Assembly: GCA_044892525.1 (NCBI GenBank)
Contig: CM097887.1
Coordinates: forward strand, 127,884,397 to 127,948,396
DNA length: 64,000 bases
Direction of reading: 5' to 3'
From: Schmidtea polychroa
Lineage: Eukaryota
Numbering within the stretch: position 1 is the first letter of the stretch; each line of letters opens with the position of its first letter. Positions 51,732-63,725 of this stretch are shown here, piece by piece. Below the pieces are notes generated by a model that saw only the letters and a list, made by a program, of their open reading frames with translations, was not told the DNA's origin and did no database searches. Made by a program: the position numbers and the translations under genes.

Positions 51732-53430
51732 CAGGGGTTCTTATCCTTTTCATAAACAATTCAAAATATATTTAAGTAACACACACAGTTACACAAAATT
51801 TAATGTGAAATTTGTTGCTGCTTTTTTCTAATAATTTCTTGGTAACGAGGCTCAATTTTTGAAAGCGCAATGCGCAAGTCGCATTTTGACGATTTCTATA
51901 TTTAGTTTTAATATTTACTAGAGCTGAAAAATCCTGCTTCGCAGAGTAGGTATCTCCAACGTTATCTTTGCAAGATTTGAGAATAATTCTAGTTGCGTAT
52001 ACCAACAATTTGTAAGAGTTGACTTTTCAAAAAGCATAGAATCCTGTGCTCTACTCTGAAGTTTAATGAGATCATTTGAGTAAATCTTCATTATCAATGT
52101 CATTAATATTGAAAAGAAATGGATTTTGTTCTCATTTCCGATCTATACCAATTTTTCCCGTCGAAAAATAACCATCAAATGATTTGCTTAATATTTGGAA
52201 ATGAGTTTTAATTTCTGAACAGATAATAGATTTTTCTTCTTGTTAAATTATTTCATCAACCATAGGAAAATTTGTGAGATTATTGTTTTCAACTAGATTT
52301 ATCCAAACTTAGTTTTTTTTGTAAATGCTAATATTTTTTCGTTTGCTGTGATAATGTTGCTGAAAGTTCCTTGTATAGATAAATTCAATTCATTCAAGTG
52401 TTCAAAAATGCCAGACAAATATGCCAATCCTAGTACATTATTTAGTATATAAGACTCTAAAGCAGAAGAGGCCAACCCGCGTCTCGCAGCTTCATATGAT
52501 GAATTATGTTATTATAATGTTTTTTTTAAGTACAGGTATTAGGTTAAGTCAAGTTATCTGAAAAAGATTTAAACTTGCAACACCGCTACGGGTCACTGCA
52601 TGTCAACTCTTGTCAATGCACAACATTTTCCGTTATTGAAAGAAAGAAATATTAAGAATTTTTTATAAATTTGTTGACGAAATAAAAAAACTTATGGTAG
52701 CATTTAATACTCGTTTTTCAGAACTGGTAGATTATAAAAAGCATTTCAGATGTTCAGCTCTCCATTTGGTGTTGATATTTCCACCGTTTCAGAAACCTTA
52801 CAAATGGAATTAACTGGCCTGCAATGCAATACTGAATTGAAAAATATGTACCCCACGATTCCAAAAATTGAATTTTATAGTAAATGCATAACAGTAAAAT
52901 AAATCCCTAACATCAGACATTTTGCCCAAAAAGTTGTTAGTGCCTTTGTATCTACATATGTTTGTGAAACTTTTTTTCTAAAATGAAAAACAATAAAAAT
53001 TTAAATAGAGCGTCAATAACCAACGTAAATCTGGAAAATCAGTTAAGATGTGCAACGTCGAATATTGAAATAGATATAGAAAAATTAAGTAAGTGAAAAG
53101 ACACACAAATATCACACTGAAATAACTGCATGTATTGATGTATTTTATGTTTACAACCAAACAAATATATTTTATTGTTCGTTCATTACATGTTTTCTTT
53201 TTATACATAGATTTTCCCCTCAAAATTATCATTGAAAATTATGGTTAAGTACAAATATATTTATAAAGCCACCAAAAATGATAAGAATAAAATTTTCCAA
53301 TTATTCTTATTTATGTGCGGCCCTTGAGAAATTTTAGGCCGTCAATGCGGGCCTTGGTACAATTTGGGTTGGCCAGCCCGGCTCTAAAGTGTACATTCTA
53401 ATTTTTAATGAATGGGTATTTAAAGGTTAA
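51732..53430 (-). mobile_element. Charlie/Buster (ZBED5/SCAND3-like) hAT remnant, interrupted by a nested hAT
   Basis: TIR CAGGGGTTC at 51732; motifs LAYLSGIFEHLNELNLSIQG...EKILAF and QDFSALVNIKTKYRNR; the reading continues across the nested element. Confidence 0.75.
52463..53381 (+). mobile_element. hAT internal-deletion derivative (GTF2IRD2/SPIN-like), 919 bp, nested
   Basis: TIRs CAGAAGAGGCCAAC / GTTGGCCAGCCCGG; exact TSD CTCTAAAG (52455-52462, 53382-53389); LQMELTGLQCN..FAQKVVSAFVSTYVCETFFSKMK. Confidence 0.88.
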
Positions 53431-54005
53431 CAAAAGTACAATAAAATTGAGTGAAAAACTCCCGAATATTGATGACTTTTAGGATTTCATTTTCATTTGG
53501 AATTCACTAAATTTTATTCCTTAATTTCATGCTCAACTCGCAGACTTTTAGATAAAATTACATAAGGCTTAGATTGTAATTTATATTTTTACTGTATTTT
53601 ATAATCATTAGTTATTTCCAAATTTAGTCATGCAATTAAAATGAGAACAAAATTCTGAAAAATAAATTGTTTCCAGAAATAATTGGCATATCCGAAACTC
53701 AGTTGAATATATACCCGAGTTTATCTAAAACATAAAATATTTAAAAATAATATTCATCATTATTTTAAATTGTGAACTCGTTAGCTAATTTTCACAAATG
53801 AATAACTACAGATATTTTGGATTCATAAATTGTTCCCAGTTAGACCTGTTTAATTATTTGCATCAGTTTTCTCTTGACCGCTACTAATAAATAGAATTTA
53901 GATTTTAATTTTTTTATTTTTAAATCGAAAAATAAAAATTTCTGTATATTTGAAGTAAATGTTTTATTATTTATATTATTGAATTAATTTAATTAATTAA
54001 AACAA

Positions 54006-54525
54006 TCTAATATATAAAGATGAAAGTTTGTTTGTTTGTTACCCATAGAATTCCCCACCGTTGCGGACCTAGGGTGCTGAAATTTTGCATGTGACTCTCA
54101 TTTAACTCGGGACAGGTCATAGCTATGTTTAAACCCCAGGTGATCACCCTTAGGGTACCCTAACCCTACTCAGGGTCACCTTGATTGACTCAGTAGATAC
54201 CCCAAGGAGGTAAATTTGGCAACAATGTTACAAATAAAAGTTGTAGATCATGTTAGGTTTATAAAATAGGATTAGTATACAACTGTTTCAACTCTTTAAA
54301 AGGAAACACAAAACTAATGGGAGGAAGAGTTGTGGTATTAACTGGAGATTTTGAACAAATCAAGCTTTATCATAAGTGATATATAAATTACATATACTTT
54401 TTTTTAATTAAATTTTTATGTATTTTTTAAATTATTATTTTTAAATGAATAAATTGAAATAAATTTCTTTATTTTGAATCTGTTTACTAATTTTTAAATC
54501 GTGCAACGCCGGGTACCCCAGCTAG
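54006..54525 (+). mobile_element. non-autonomous Helitron (520 bp)
   Basis: A|TCTAATATATAAAG 5' end followed by (GTTT)n; 3' cgtgcaacgccggg hairpin and CTAG|T. Confidence 0.9.
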
Positions 54526-56173
54526 TTTATGATAATTGAAAATTTACATTAATTATAATTAATAAAATAGACAACCTGTAGAGTTCAATTAACGGCTAAA
54601 ATTACAGAATTATTTTTAAATTCGAAATGATTAGATTAATGAAGAATTATGAAAATGGAAGTATTTTTTCAAAAGATAGAAATTCCCCCAAAATTGAAAA
54701 AAATGAAAGAAGCGAATCAAAAAAGTAAAGAAATTGCTTGAAATCAAAATAGCGAAAACATTAAATAAATTATTTCCTATGTTTGTTGATTTGTTAACTT
54801 CCTTCTGAGTATTTTGCAAATTGAGTTTACGTTCCAATAAACTTGATTTAACATGGGCAGACAGTTCTGATGGATAAATTGATGAATGAAAATTTCCTCC
54901 TAGACGAACACGAATCAGTATCTTCAATAAAGCACCACCTCATACTCGAATATACTTTAAGTATTGTAAATTCAAAAAGTTTCATTTTGAAATAAGATTC
55001 ATCAGTGCACGAAATAGTATAATGATCCACAAAATTTTAATTCTTTAAAATTTCGTACAGATTAAAACAAAATTATGAAAATATTTTTACTATAAAATAA
55101 CAATTCAACCAAAAATTTTTCTTTTTCAAAAAAAATAATATAAAAGGAAAATTATAATATAGATTTTTGTTAATTCTTACTAATTATAGAAGAACATTAT
55201 AGAATATATATTTTATAAATGAAGATATATAATTGAATCAAATATAAATTATTTAACTACTTCTCAAACCAACTGCCAGTGAAACCCAAAGACTTCTCCC
55301 AGGGGGCAGGTAGGGTCTCAAATGCACCATGATAAAAAATTGTAGAAATTATTTGTAGAAACTTGATTCTTCTATTTTCTTTCCGTTAATCATATCTTCT
55401 GACTTTAATTTCTTCTTTAATCCTACTGTCAAAATGTTCGTCCCTACCTGCGGCAAATTGCCGATTGCTGGGTTCCTTCATATAGTTTAAATAATGACAT
55501 TGATTGATGGCGTTTTAACTAATTCATCTCTCCTTGACAATCTTTGGCTCGCGGCCTTTTTCATTTTCTCATCGTTGAAATAAATAATTAATTGTTCCAC
55601 CGTGTGTCTCCCTTGTGATAATCTTTTTCCATTTTCCCCATTACTCATGCTGTCATAATTATGGTTTTCCAACTTCGATTTTGTCTACTTCTCTTTCTGT
55701 TTACTTTGGTTGGGTTTCCCTTAATTTATTTATTCATTTATTAATGGTTTTCTGTTATTGTACGTTTTCTTGGATTTCGACCCTTTCTGAACATAATCTG
55801 ATAAATCCGTTCTTACCATGATCTTCCCAATCATCTCATTTACACCTGACCCGTTTTTAAAATTTTAGTTCGATGAATTCTTGATTTTGAATTTTCAATA
55901 TTACGTTTTTAATTATTTGGAAATTTTAAATTTAAAAACCCCAACAGCTTTGTAAAATCATCAACAAAAGCAAACGAAGAAAGGCATATAGTTGGAAATA
56001 GTTACAACGTTACTTATGTCTCGTATTAGATTGAAACGGTTAATTNNNNNNNNNNNNNNNNNNNNNNNNNNNNNNNNNNNNNNNNNNNNNNNNNNNNNNN
56101 NNNNNNNNNNNNNNNNNNNNNNNNNNNNNNNNNNNNNNNNNNNNNNNNNNNNNNNNNNNNNNNNNNNNNNNNN

Positions 56174-57104
56174 GTTAATGAAGAACGGTTATTCAAAATT
56201 CTTTTTAGTAATTATGGTGAAAGAGACTGTTGAAAAATTTATTAAAAATCCTAAGGATCCATGTTTGAGAAAATCTATGTGTGATCTTGTTGAGGTGTGT
56301 GTGTCTGATGAGTTGAATAAATTAAATAGTGTGAGCAAGGATGATGAGCCTAAATTTGTGTTAGTATTGCCGTACTCAGAAGGTTTTAAGGATTATAAAG
56401 TGAAGATAAGAAAGCAGTTAGGGAATTTAAACTATATGATAGTGTCAACTTCATGGAAAGTACGCAATATGTTTATTAATAAGTCAAAAACTGCGGTCGA
56501 ATTGTGTTCCGATCTCGTTTATCAGTTTACATGTAATGGGTGTAATGCCACATACATTGGAAAGACTTCCCGTCATCTCTGTATTCGAGCTCGAGAACAT
56601 TGTAGACCGAAGGCTTTGACCCATATTGGTGAGCACAATAAGGGCTGTAAGATTAAAATAGGTATGTCTGATTTTAAAATTTTATTAAAAAATTTCGATA
56701 ATTATTGGGAACGTGTGATTTGTGATGCGTTGTTGATAAAATCATTGAATCCGAAAATTAATATGCAGAATGCAGTAAATACTTGTGTTTTGAGTGTTTT
56801 TAAATAGGTTTTTTTATATTGTATGTATTGATTGTTGTATTAAATTAAATAATTAATAAAAATTTTTTAAATTATTAAATTAAATTTTAAATGCTAAAAT
56901 TTTAAAGAAATAATATATTAATTTAAGTATAATTTTTTTAAAAATAATTATTGTTTTTATAAAATAAAAATTTTTTTTATATAATTAATAAATTTGTTTA
57001 AAATCCATAATTTAATGAGTTATTATATCCCACCTGATGATGACAGGAAAACTGTCGAAATATATCGTGAAAAGAATGTTTGATTGGCGTTATCTTATAA
57101 TTAA
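56174..57104 (+). mobile_element. Penelope-like element copy C: end of RT thumb, linker, GIY-YIG and tail
   Basis: ORF to 56807 reads LMKNGYSKFF...LPYSEG...[21 protein letters not shown]...; highly similar to copy A; bounded by N-gaps on both sides. Confidence 0.93.
57031..57069 (+). ncRNA. minimal type I hammerhead ribozyme (PLE copy C)
   Basis: CAC-CTGATGA-T-GACAG(GAAAA)CTGTC-GAAA-TATA-TC-GTG; stem III palindrome ATATAT; predicted cleavage after C57066. Confidence 0.88.
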
Positions 57105-58499
57105 ANNNNNNNNNNNNNNNNNNNNNNNNNNNNNNNNNNNNNNNNNNNNNNNNNNNNNNNNNNNNNNNNNNNNNNNNNNNNNNNNNNNNNNNNNNNNNNN
57201 NNNNNNNNNNNNNNNNNNNNNNNNNNNNNNNNNNNNNNNNNNNNNNNNNNNNNNNNNNNNNNNNNNNNNNNNNGAATTCTAATATTTTAATTTATTCACT
57301 AATTTAAATATTTTTTCTGCAATATATACTTGTTACAAAAGTATTGGAGGTGTCTTTTATAATCATAGCGTCTTAATCAAAAAATTTAAGTCATAAAATT
57401 ATTTATAAAAAGTTGTTGATTGTTAATAAACAAAAAAGAAATCATTACTTGACTTCCTTTGTAAATGAGACGGTTAAAATAACGAAATATTGATTAATTA
57501 ATGAAATAAATATAAATTATATTTAAAATAATAGTCTTATACATTTATAAAGTAAAACAAAAATTACAATTACATTTGAATGAAAATATTATATTTTCCC
57601 ACATGATTTTTCCTTATGCGACAACAACATCTTTCCACTCAAAAAATTAGTTTCTGCCAATTATTTACTGAAAATTTTTTTATTTATTTGTCACGTTGTT
57701 ATCTTAATTTTAAAGTAAAAATGAATTTGCAGGGGAACGGCACACTATTCGAATGTCGAACTATCATCTGAAACCGAAGAATATTTATCTGATAACTTCC
57801 CACATGATTTTCGTGGTTCTGGACTTGTTAGCAAGATTCTCATTTGTGCGTTTAAAAAAAAACACCTTTTTTTGGAAAACGGTCATCTATATGATATTGT
57901 AAATGTCGTAAAGTCTTCGTTACCGATTGTGCCAGATATTATAAAATATCCGATAAAGAATTTAGCTGACAAAAATTTTTTTAATAAAATTTAAAATTGA
58001 TCAACATATAATTTTAATATACGAGCATTTGTTGTCTTTACAAGACTCAAATGTAAATAAAATAAAGGACTTTATTATTAGAGAAATATTTAATCGCAAG
58101 GAAATTAAGGAAACTAACACTCCTTAACCATATTTAGGAAATAAAATTAGCAAAGAATAAAAAAGTAATCTTTCAGCCGTAATATGAAAATAACTGTAAA
58201 TAAAATTTTTAATAATAATTACAGATCGCGTTAATAATTTTAACCATCAAGATTTCATTGTTAGAAATCATGATAATGTTTTTAAATTTGGCTTAAAATC
58301 TAAAACAGTTTTTTTACTTCGAACAATAGTAGATATTAGCCACAGAGCTACGGGTATTATTCGAATCCATAACAGAAATTATATTAACACGTTTTTTCTT
58401 AAAATACAAATATTATTAAAACAAATTATAACGTTAATTTGTTTGAGCAGTTTCTAAAAAATTTCAACATACAATAAAAAATGCACATCATCATACCAT

Positions 58500-59400
58500 T
58501 ATTTTAATACAAAATGCAAAACGCCTCACAGTAGATGAGAAGGTTGTTTTTGAATTAATAAGAGAAGATAATACATCTCCTGGAATTCAATGCAATTCAA
58601 TATAACGATATTGCAATTTTTCATCCAGAGAATAAATTGCTGACTCTTCTTTACAGAAAACCATTACGGAAAATACTTTTCCGGACACTTGGGAATCTTT
58701 TAAGACTCTGATGATTCCTAAACCTGACAAGGGATATAAATATACTTTGATTTCTTCTTGGTGTCCAATTGTTTTGTTATCTGTGGTCTATATGATATTT
58801 GCGTCGATTTTAGCTAGACGCCTTATATTTTGGGTACAACAAAACAATCTACTTCATATCTGTCGAAAAAGGGTTCTGTGTACAATGGTTTTGTGGAACA
58901 CAATTCAATACTTTCTTCTTGCCTGGAACACTCAAAATATAGTAAATATACACCTATTACTATTGGATTTCTTGACATCATAGGTGGTTTTGATAGTGTA
59001 CCCCATTATTACTTGTGGAAGATTTTACGACGTAATGGAGTTGGTGAAAAATTCACAACCACTTTAAAACTATTATACACTGATACCGGCTCCTTCTATA
59101 TTTGTGGTCCGATGGTAACTCCGAACATTTCAATAAGGCAAGGTGTACAATAATTATTTTGTTTCAAATTTCAATTAACCCCGTTCTTCAAGCTGTTATT
59201 CTTTCTAATGTTGAACCTTTCAAAATTGCCGAATATCCCAGCCATGTTCTGTACATGCTGATGATATCGATTTTATCGCTAATAATACTCATGATTTGCA
59301 AAATATCATAAAAGTTGCTTTTGATACAGCTTGTAAAATTGGGTTTGAAAACTGCATTGAAAAAAGTGCTTATATTCAGTAGCCAAATATTGACCATATT
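58500..59400 (+). mobile_element. non-LTR retrotransposon RT remnant, R2/NeSL-like (RLE clade)
   Basis: LMIPKPDK..SWCPIVLLSVVYMIFASILARRL, GFVEHNSIL..GFLDIIGGFDSVPH and IRQGVQ..LFQISINPVL; frameshifted. Confidence 0.75.
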
Positions 59401-60946
59401 ATTGAAGTGTCAATTGACAAAAAATACTGAATTGTATAATTTGAATAAAAGAAGTGACAATACAATTTCTTTTTAAATTTTTTTTAAAGTCATTTTTGTT
59501 CTAGCGGTAGCGAATTGATCTACCAATCTGCAATTTTTGAGGAATGCCTTGGAACCACTTGAATGAGCGAAGCCGGAGAAATGAAGCCCGGTCAAAATCA
59601 GTTATGTCTTGTAATAATGTGTATTTGGTTCCCACCTAATGTATTAAATGTGTATAAATTTTTTTATTAAAATTCCATTTTGGAATATTGAAACATGTAT
59701 GTTATATAGGGTGATAAAAAATGTAGAAAAATCTATGTGGAGTATGATATACAAAGGTTGGGAAACAGTGTTAGATAGTGGAAAACCCCTTAGATTTTTA
59801 TGGACATTATATATTATTAATAAAACATTTAACTGTTACTGTTTCTTTCTTAAATATTTATTCAGTTTAGAAATAAAAATGAATAAAATCACCCAGAGAT
59901 TGATATAGCCTTGATAAATGCATTCGAAGTATACTGCCAATGATGGCAGAAAAATTTTATTTTTGTTCTTCAGAGTACACAAGACAAATAAGACACAGTT
60001 TGATCATATAAAATACCGAATTGATATAAAACATCAGTATAATTCGGCATTAATATAAAAATCCCGGAGTTTGTTTCAAAGTTTTGTGAATGTATTGTTG
60101 AGAATATCTGAATAACAAAAAATAAAATAACGCTCTAAAATTAATAAAAATGAGCGGAAAAAATGGCCACAATAAAAGATGTCATGCTCTCAAATTCGAG
60201 AAAAAATGAATGAAGCAAAGAAATTGGGAAACGAAATAGATATAGCAAAAAATCAATGAAATCAAATAACGAAACGTGAGGTCGTTTTTAATTAAAAAAT
60301 ACAAATGGAAATGAAGAAAACAAAAACAAAATCAATTTGGGAATGGAAATTCCTTATCTCAAGAGTTGCACGAGATAATGAATGAACTACCAGAACAGTT
60401 GGAGGAATAAAATGAAGGAAAACGAAATAAAATAATTTATTTTGACAATGTTATAGATCATGCGGGAATTGGGAATGTCCAAAGGAATATACTGAAAAAA
60501 GGAAAATTAATTGTGTCAAGAAATGGCGAGATTTAAAAGGAGAACACTAATTGCAAAAGGGGGACAAAAAATTTTTTACAGAAGCAGCATTAAAAAGTAG
60601 GTTCTAGAAAACGAATTATTGAAATTTCGAAATGATAAGAGGTGAAATTTGACCTGTGTTAATAAAGAATAAAACAAAACAGCCAAAGAGAAATAGAAAA
60701 AGAAATATAATCTTTGAAACAATAAGCCAGTGATAATCGAACTCACAACCAGAAATTATTAAAGTTCTAAGTCAAGATAGGAAAGCAACCGGATCTTTCG
60801 TACGAGGTGTCAGCCATTAGCAGCAATCAAGCAGTCGTGTGATCAAAGTGTTCCCAAAAGGTCCTATTCCTCCCAAGGAGTTGTAATAAGCACCCAAATA
60901 TGTTTGAGTAGTATTGAGTAACTGGTGTCATTGCAATCGTTATAAC

Positions 60947-61222
60947 CAGGCCCGGCGTGAGGCGGGTACGATGCGTGATTTTCACGCAGGCGCCACGACG
61001 GAAAAATACAAAAGGCGCAAAATTTTACAGAAATTTGTTATTTTCATAACAATTTCCATTCTTTTGTTTAATAACTAGTCCAATTTGAACAATATTGTTC
61101 CCTCTGTGAAAAATATTTTTGTTTTGAAAAATAGTTTATCGTTTTTTTTACTCTTATTATGGAATGCGAAGGTGGTAATATGCAATTTTCACACATCATC
61201 TGAAACTCTAGCGCCGGTGCTG
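60947..61222. mobile_element. hAT MITE (276 bp)
   Basis: TIRs CAGGCCCGGCG / CGCCGGTGCTG; exact palindromic TSD GTTATAAC (60939-60946, 61223-61230). Confidence 0.9.
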
Positions 61223-62109
61223 GTTATAACCATTGTGATATTCAGTCAAGTTGTATTGATTGAAATCCGTTATTTTTGTTGAATAAAAGACGCTCGAATT
61301 AAGTTAGTAATTATCGATTTTATAAACCACTAACAACAAACTCCAACCGTATGGAAATATATTTTCAAAAGTAACGGTTTTCATAAGATAACTTTGTTTT
61401 TTTAGATTAAACCTAATTTTAAATCTACTAATTTAAATGACTTTTTTCCTTCCTATTTTTTGTCTACTATATTTTGTCTTGCACCTTTGTATGTTCATAT
61501 AAATTCAAAAATTTCGCCGTAACATATTGCTGTCAACAGGCACTATTTTTCAAACCATTACCCACAGAAACATAAAACTTTTACCATCTTGATTAACACC
61601 TTATCTCGAATTATATCAGAAACCTTTGCGACTTATTTGGAGTGCAAAATTCTTTAGTATTCAGGACAAGCAAGATCACTACTTGTTTCAATAATTCGAG
61701 TATGGCGAAATAAACAAAAATTAACGAAGAAACAAATAATTATAGATTACGGATTCCGGAACTTTGTATCAGACTGCCTAGTAACATGATAAATATAACC
61801 TCCTAGCCTTCAAAAGTTGGGTTTTCCGAATTTATAATTCTCATCAAGAAAGATTGGATCTATATGTTGATGGACCTATACAAATAAACTTGAAATATTG
61901 CTTTTATTTTACAAATTCTAAAATTTATGGAGGGAGAGAATTAATTAATCATATAATTTATATCTGAAATGATTTCCACAAGTCAAGAACGATACAACTA
62001 TAATTGACTCATGACTTTTACCTTCAAACCGCAGTTGCTGAATACGCGGATATAGCAAGCCTGTCATAATCAAATTAATTAATATTAATCGCCATTCGTA
62101 CATCTTTTT

Positions 62110-62152
62110 CACTATATTTCGATTTCGATAGCATCACTATCATCATCAGGTT
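62110..62152 (-). ncRNA. degenerate hammerhead of a second PLE-type family (left arm of an inverted pair)
   Basis: Minus strand AAC-CTGATGA-T-GATAG(TGATG)CTATC-GAAA-TCGAAATATA-GTG-aaaaagatgtacgaatggcg; the downstream tail resembles the PLE tails. Confidence 0.6.
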
Positions 62153-62170
62153 ACCTACATTCACGAGGGA

Positions 62171-62174
<4 letters not shown>

Positions 62175-62239
<65 letters not shown>
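62175..62239. repeat. (AT)n microsatellite
   Basis: About 32 perfect AT units between the two inverted hammerhead-like arms. Confidence 0.95.
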
Positions 62240-62390
62240 TATATTGATAATATATAAACAAATTATAAAATATATAACTTTTAAATTATAAATAAAAATT
62301 TTTAATAATTATTCTTTTTAAAAACAATTTTCAATAATCAATTATAGTCAAACTTTTAAAATTATTAAAAATATTATTTTAATTATTTTT

Positions 62391-62426
62391 TTGATGATGA
62401 TAGTGATGCAATCGAAATATATAGAG
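62391..62426 (+). ncRNA. degenerate hammerhead (right arm of the inverted pair)
   Basis: TTGATGA-T-GATAG(TGATG)CAATC-GAAA-TATA-TA-GAG-aaaaagatgtacgaat; core C3>T and a stem II mismatch, so probably inactive. Confidence 0.5.
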
Positions 62427-63725
62427 AAAAAGATGTACGAATATTAATTAACTTTTATTTCGAATCAATAAACATAAAATTATTATTTTATTATAAAGAC
62501 AATCAAATATCAATGATTTGTTTTTGATAGAAACTCTTGATAGGAAGATACAGAATCGGCCTATTTTCCTCTGGAAAATATCAAAATTAAATTATGCAAA
62601 ATTTAATAAATAATTATAAAGAATAACTGCGAATTCTGTTTTCTTATATTTATACTATTTCTCTAGATTTACTTTTTAAATACATAATATATTTTATGAA
62701 TTATATTGTTTATATTTTGAATTAATAAAAAATCAGTTGATTTTTTTTATCATGACTTCACAATATTGCATTTTGAACTGTTTTTATAGTTTTGACTATT
62801 AGATTGAAAAAGGTTCCCGGCAGTTGAACAAATTCCAAATTGGTTTTATAATTAGTACATTTAACTTAGTATATTTAACTTTCTTTTTCTTATCAGAATA
62901 GAGTCTCTGAAGATGGTCTCTGGCCGACCTTTATTCGAATTCTAACAATGCCATATCAACCAACTCATTGTAGAGGAATAAGTTATTTGAGTAATCCAAT
63001 TAACTACTTTATAGTTTTGAAGAATAAAATTAATAAAATATTGTTTTAATGATCATTTGTATAATTAAGTTGTATTTATTTTTCACAAAAAAATTGCAAT
63101 CAATGTAAAAAGAAATTTGCCAAAATAATCTATCATTTATTTTCAGACTAACAATATATATTATTTTATTGTCTAAAAATAAATGATCATAAAGGAAATT
63201 GATAATTGATCAGTAATAAAAAAAATTTACTATAAAATAGTATAAAATTTACATTTTATCAACATCCAATCCATGACCTATCGGTCTTTTGTATGACTTT
63301 AAGATTTCTGCCAATCTCATATCACTCAACAGTCGCTTGTTCAACCCAATGTACCTATTTTTAAGAAATAAAATTTAAATAATAAATTTATGAAACATTT
63401 AACTATTTAAACAATTAACTTTATTTTAAATTATATCAAAGAAGTGCCAAAACATTATTTTTGTTTTGATAAAAAAATAGTTATAATTATATTCAAATCC
63501 AGAATTTTAGAAATCCACAAACTGAAAACTAAATGATAAATGAACTTATAATGATCCATCGACCAAAAGTAAGGGAAAACAATAAAAATCATAANNNNNN
63601 NNNNNNNNNNNNNNNNNNNNNNNNNNNNNNNNNNNNNNNNNNNNNNNNNNNNNNNNNNNNNNNNNNNNNNNNNNNNNNNNNNNNNNNNNNNNNNNNNNNN
63701 NNNNNNNNNNNNNNNNNNNNNNNNN

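Noticed and set aside
51724-53389. Composite transposon built from two different hAT 3' ends, flanked by GTCTAAAG / CTCTAAAG
   Set aside because: An exact CTCTAAAG plus a left TIR lies at 52455-52476, so this is a simple nested insertion; the outer similarity reflects Buster target preference.
54145-54175. TTAGGG/CCCTAA motifs as telomeric repeats
   Set aside because: Isolated, non-tandem, and internal to the Helitron.
55281-55330. HDV-like ribozyme fold
   Set aside because: A 7-bp P1-like pairing exists on the minus strand, but the P2 partner lies upstream rather than downstream, so the nested pseudoknot cannot be built.
61500-62060. Possible short-exon gene on the minus strand (MTGLLYPRIQQLRFE G|gtaaaag)
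   Set aside because: No downstream acceptor gave an open continuation, and nothing recognisable was encoded.
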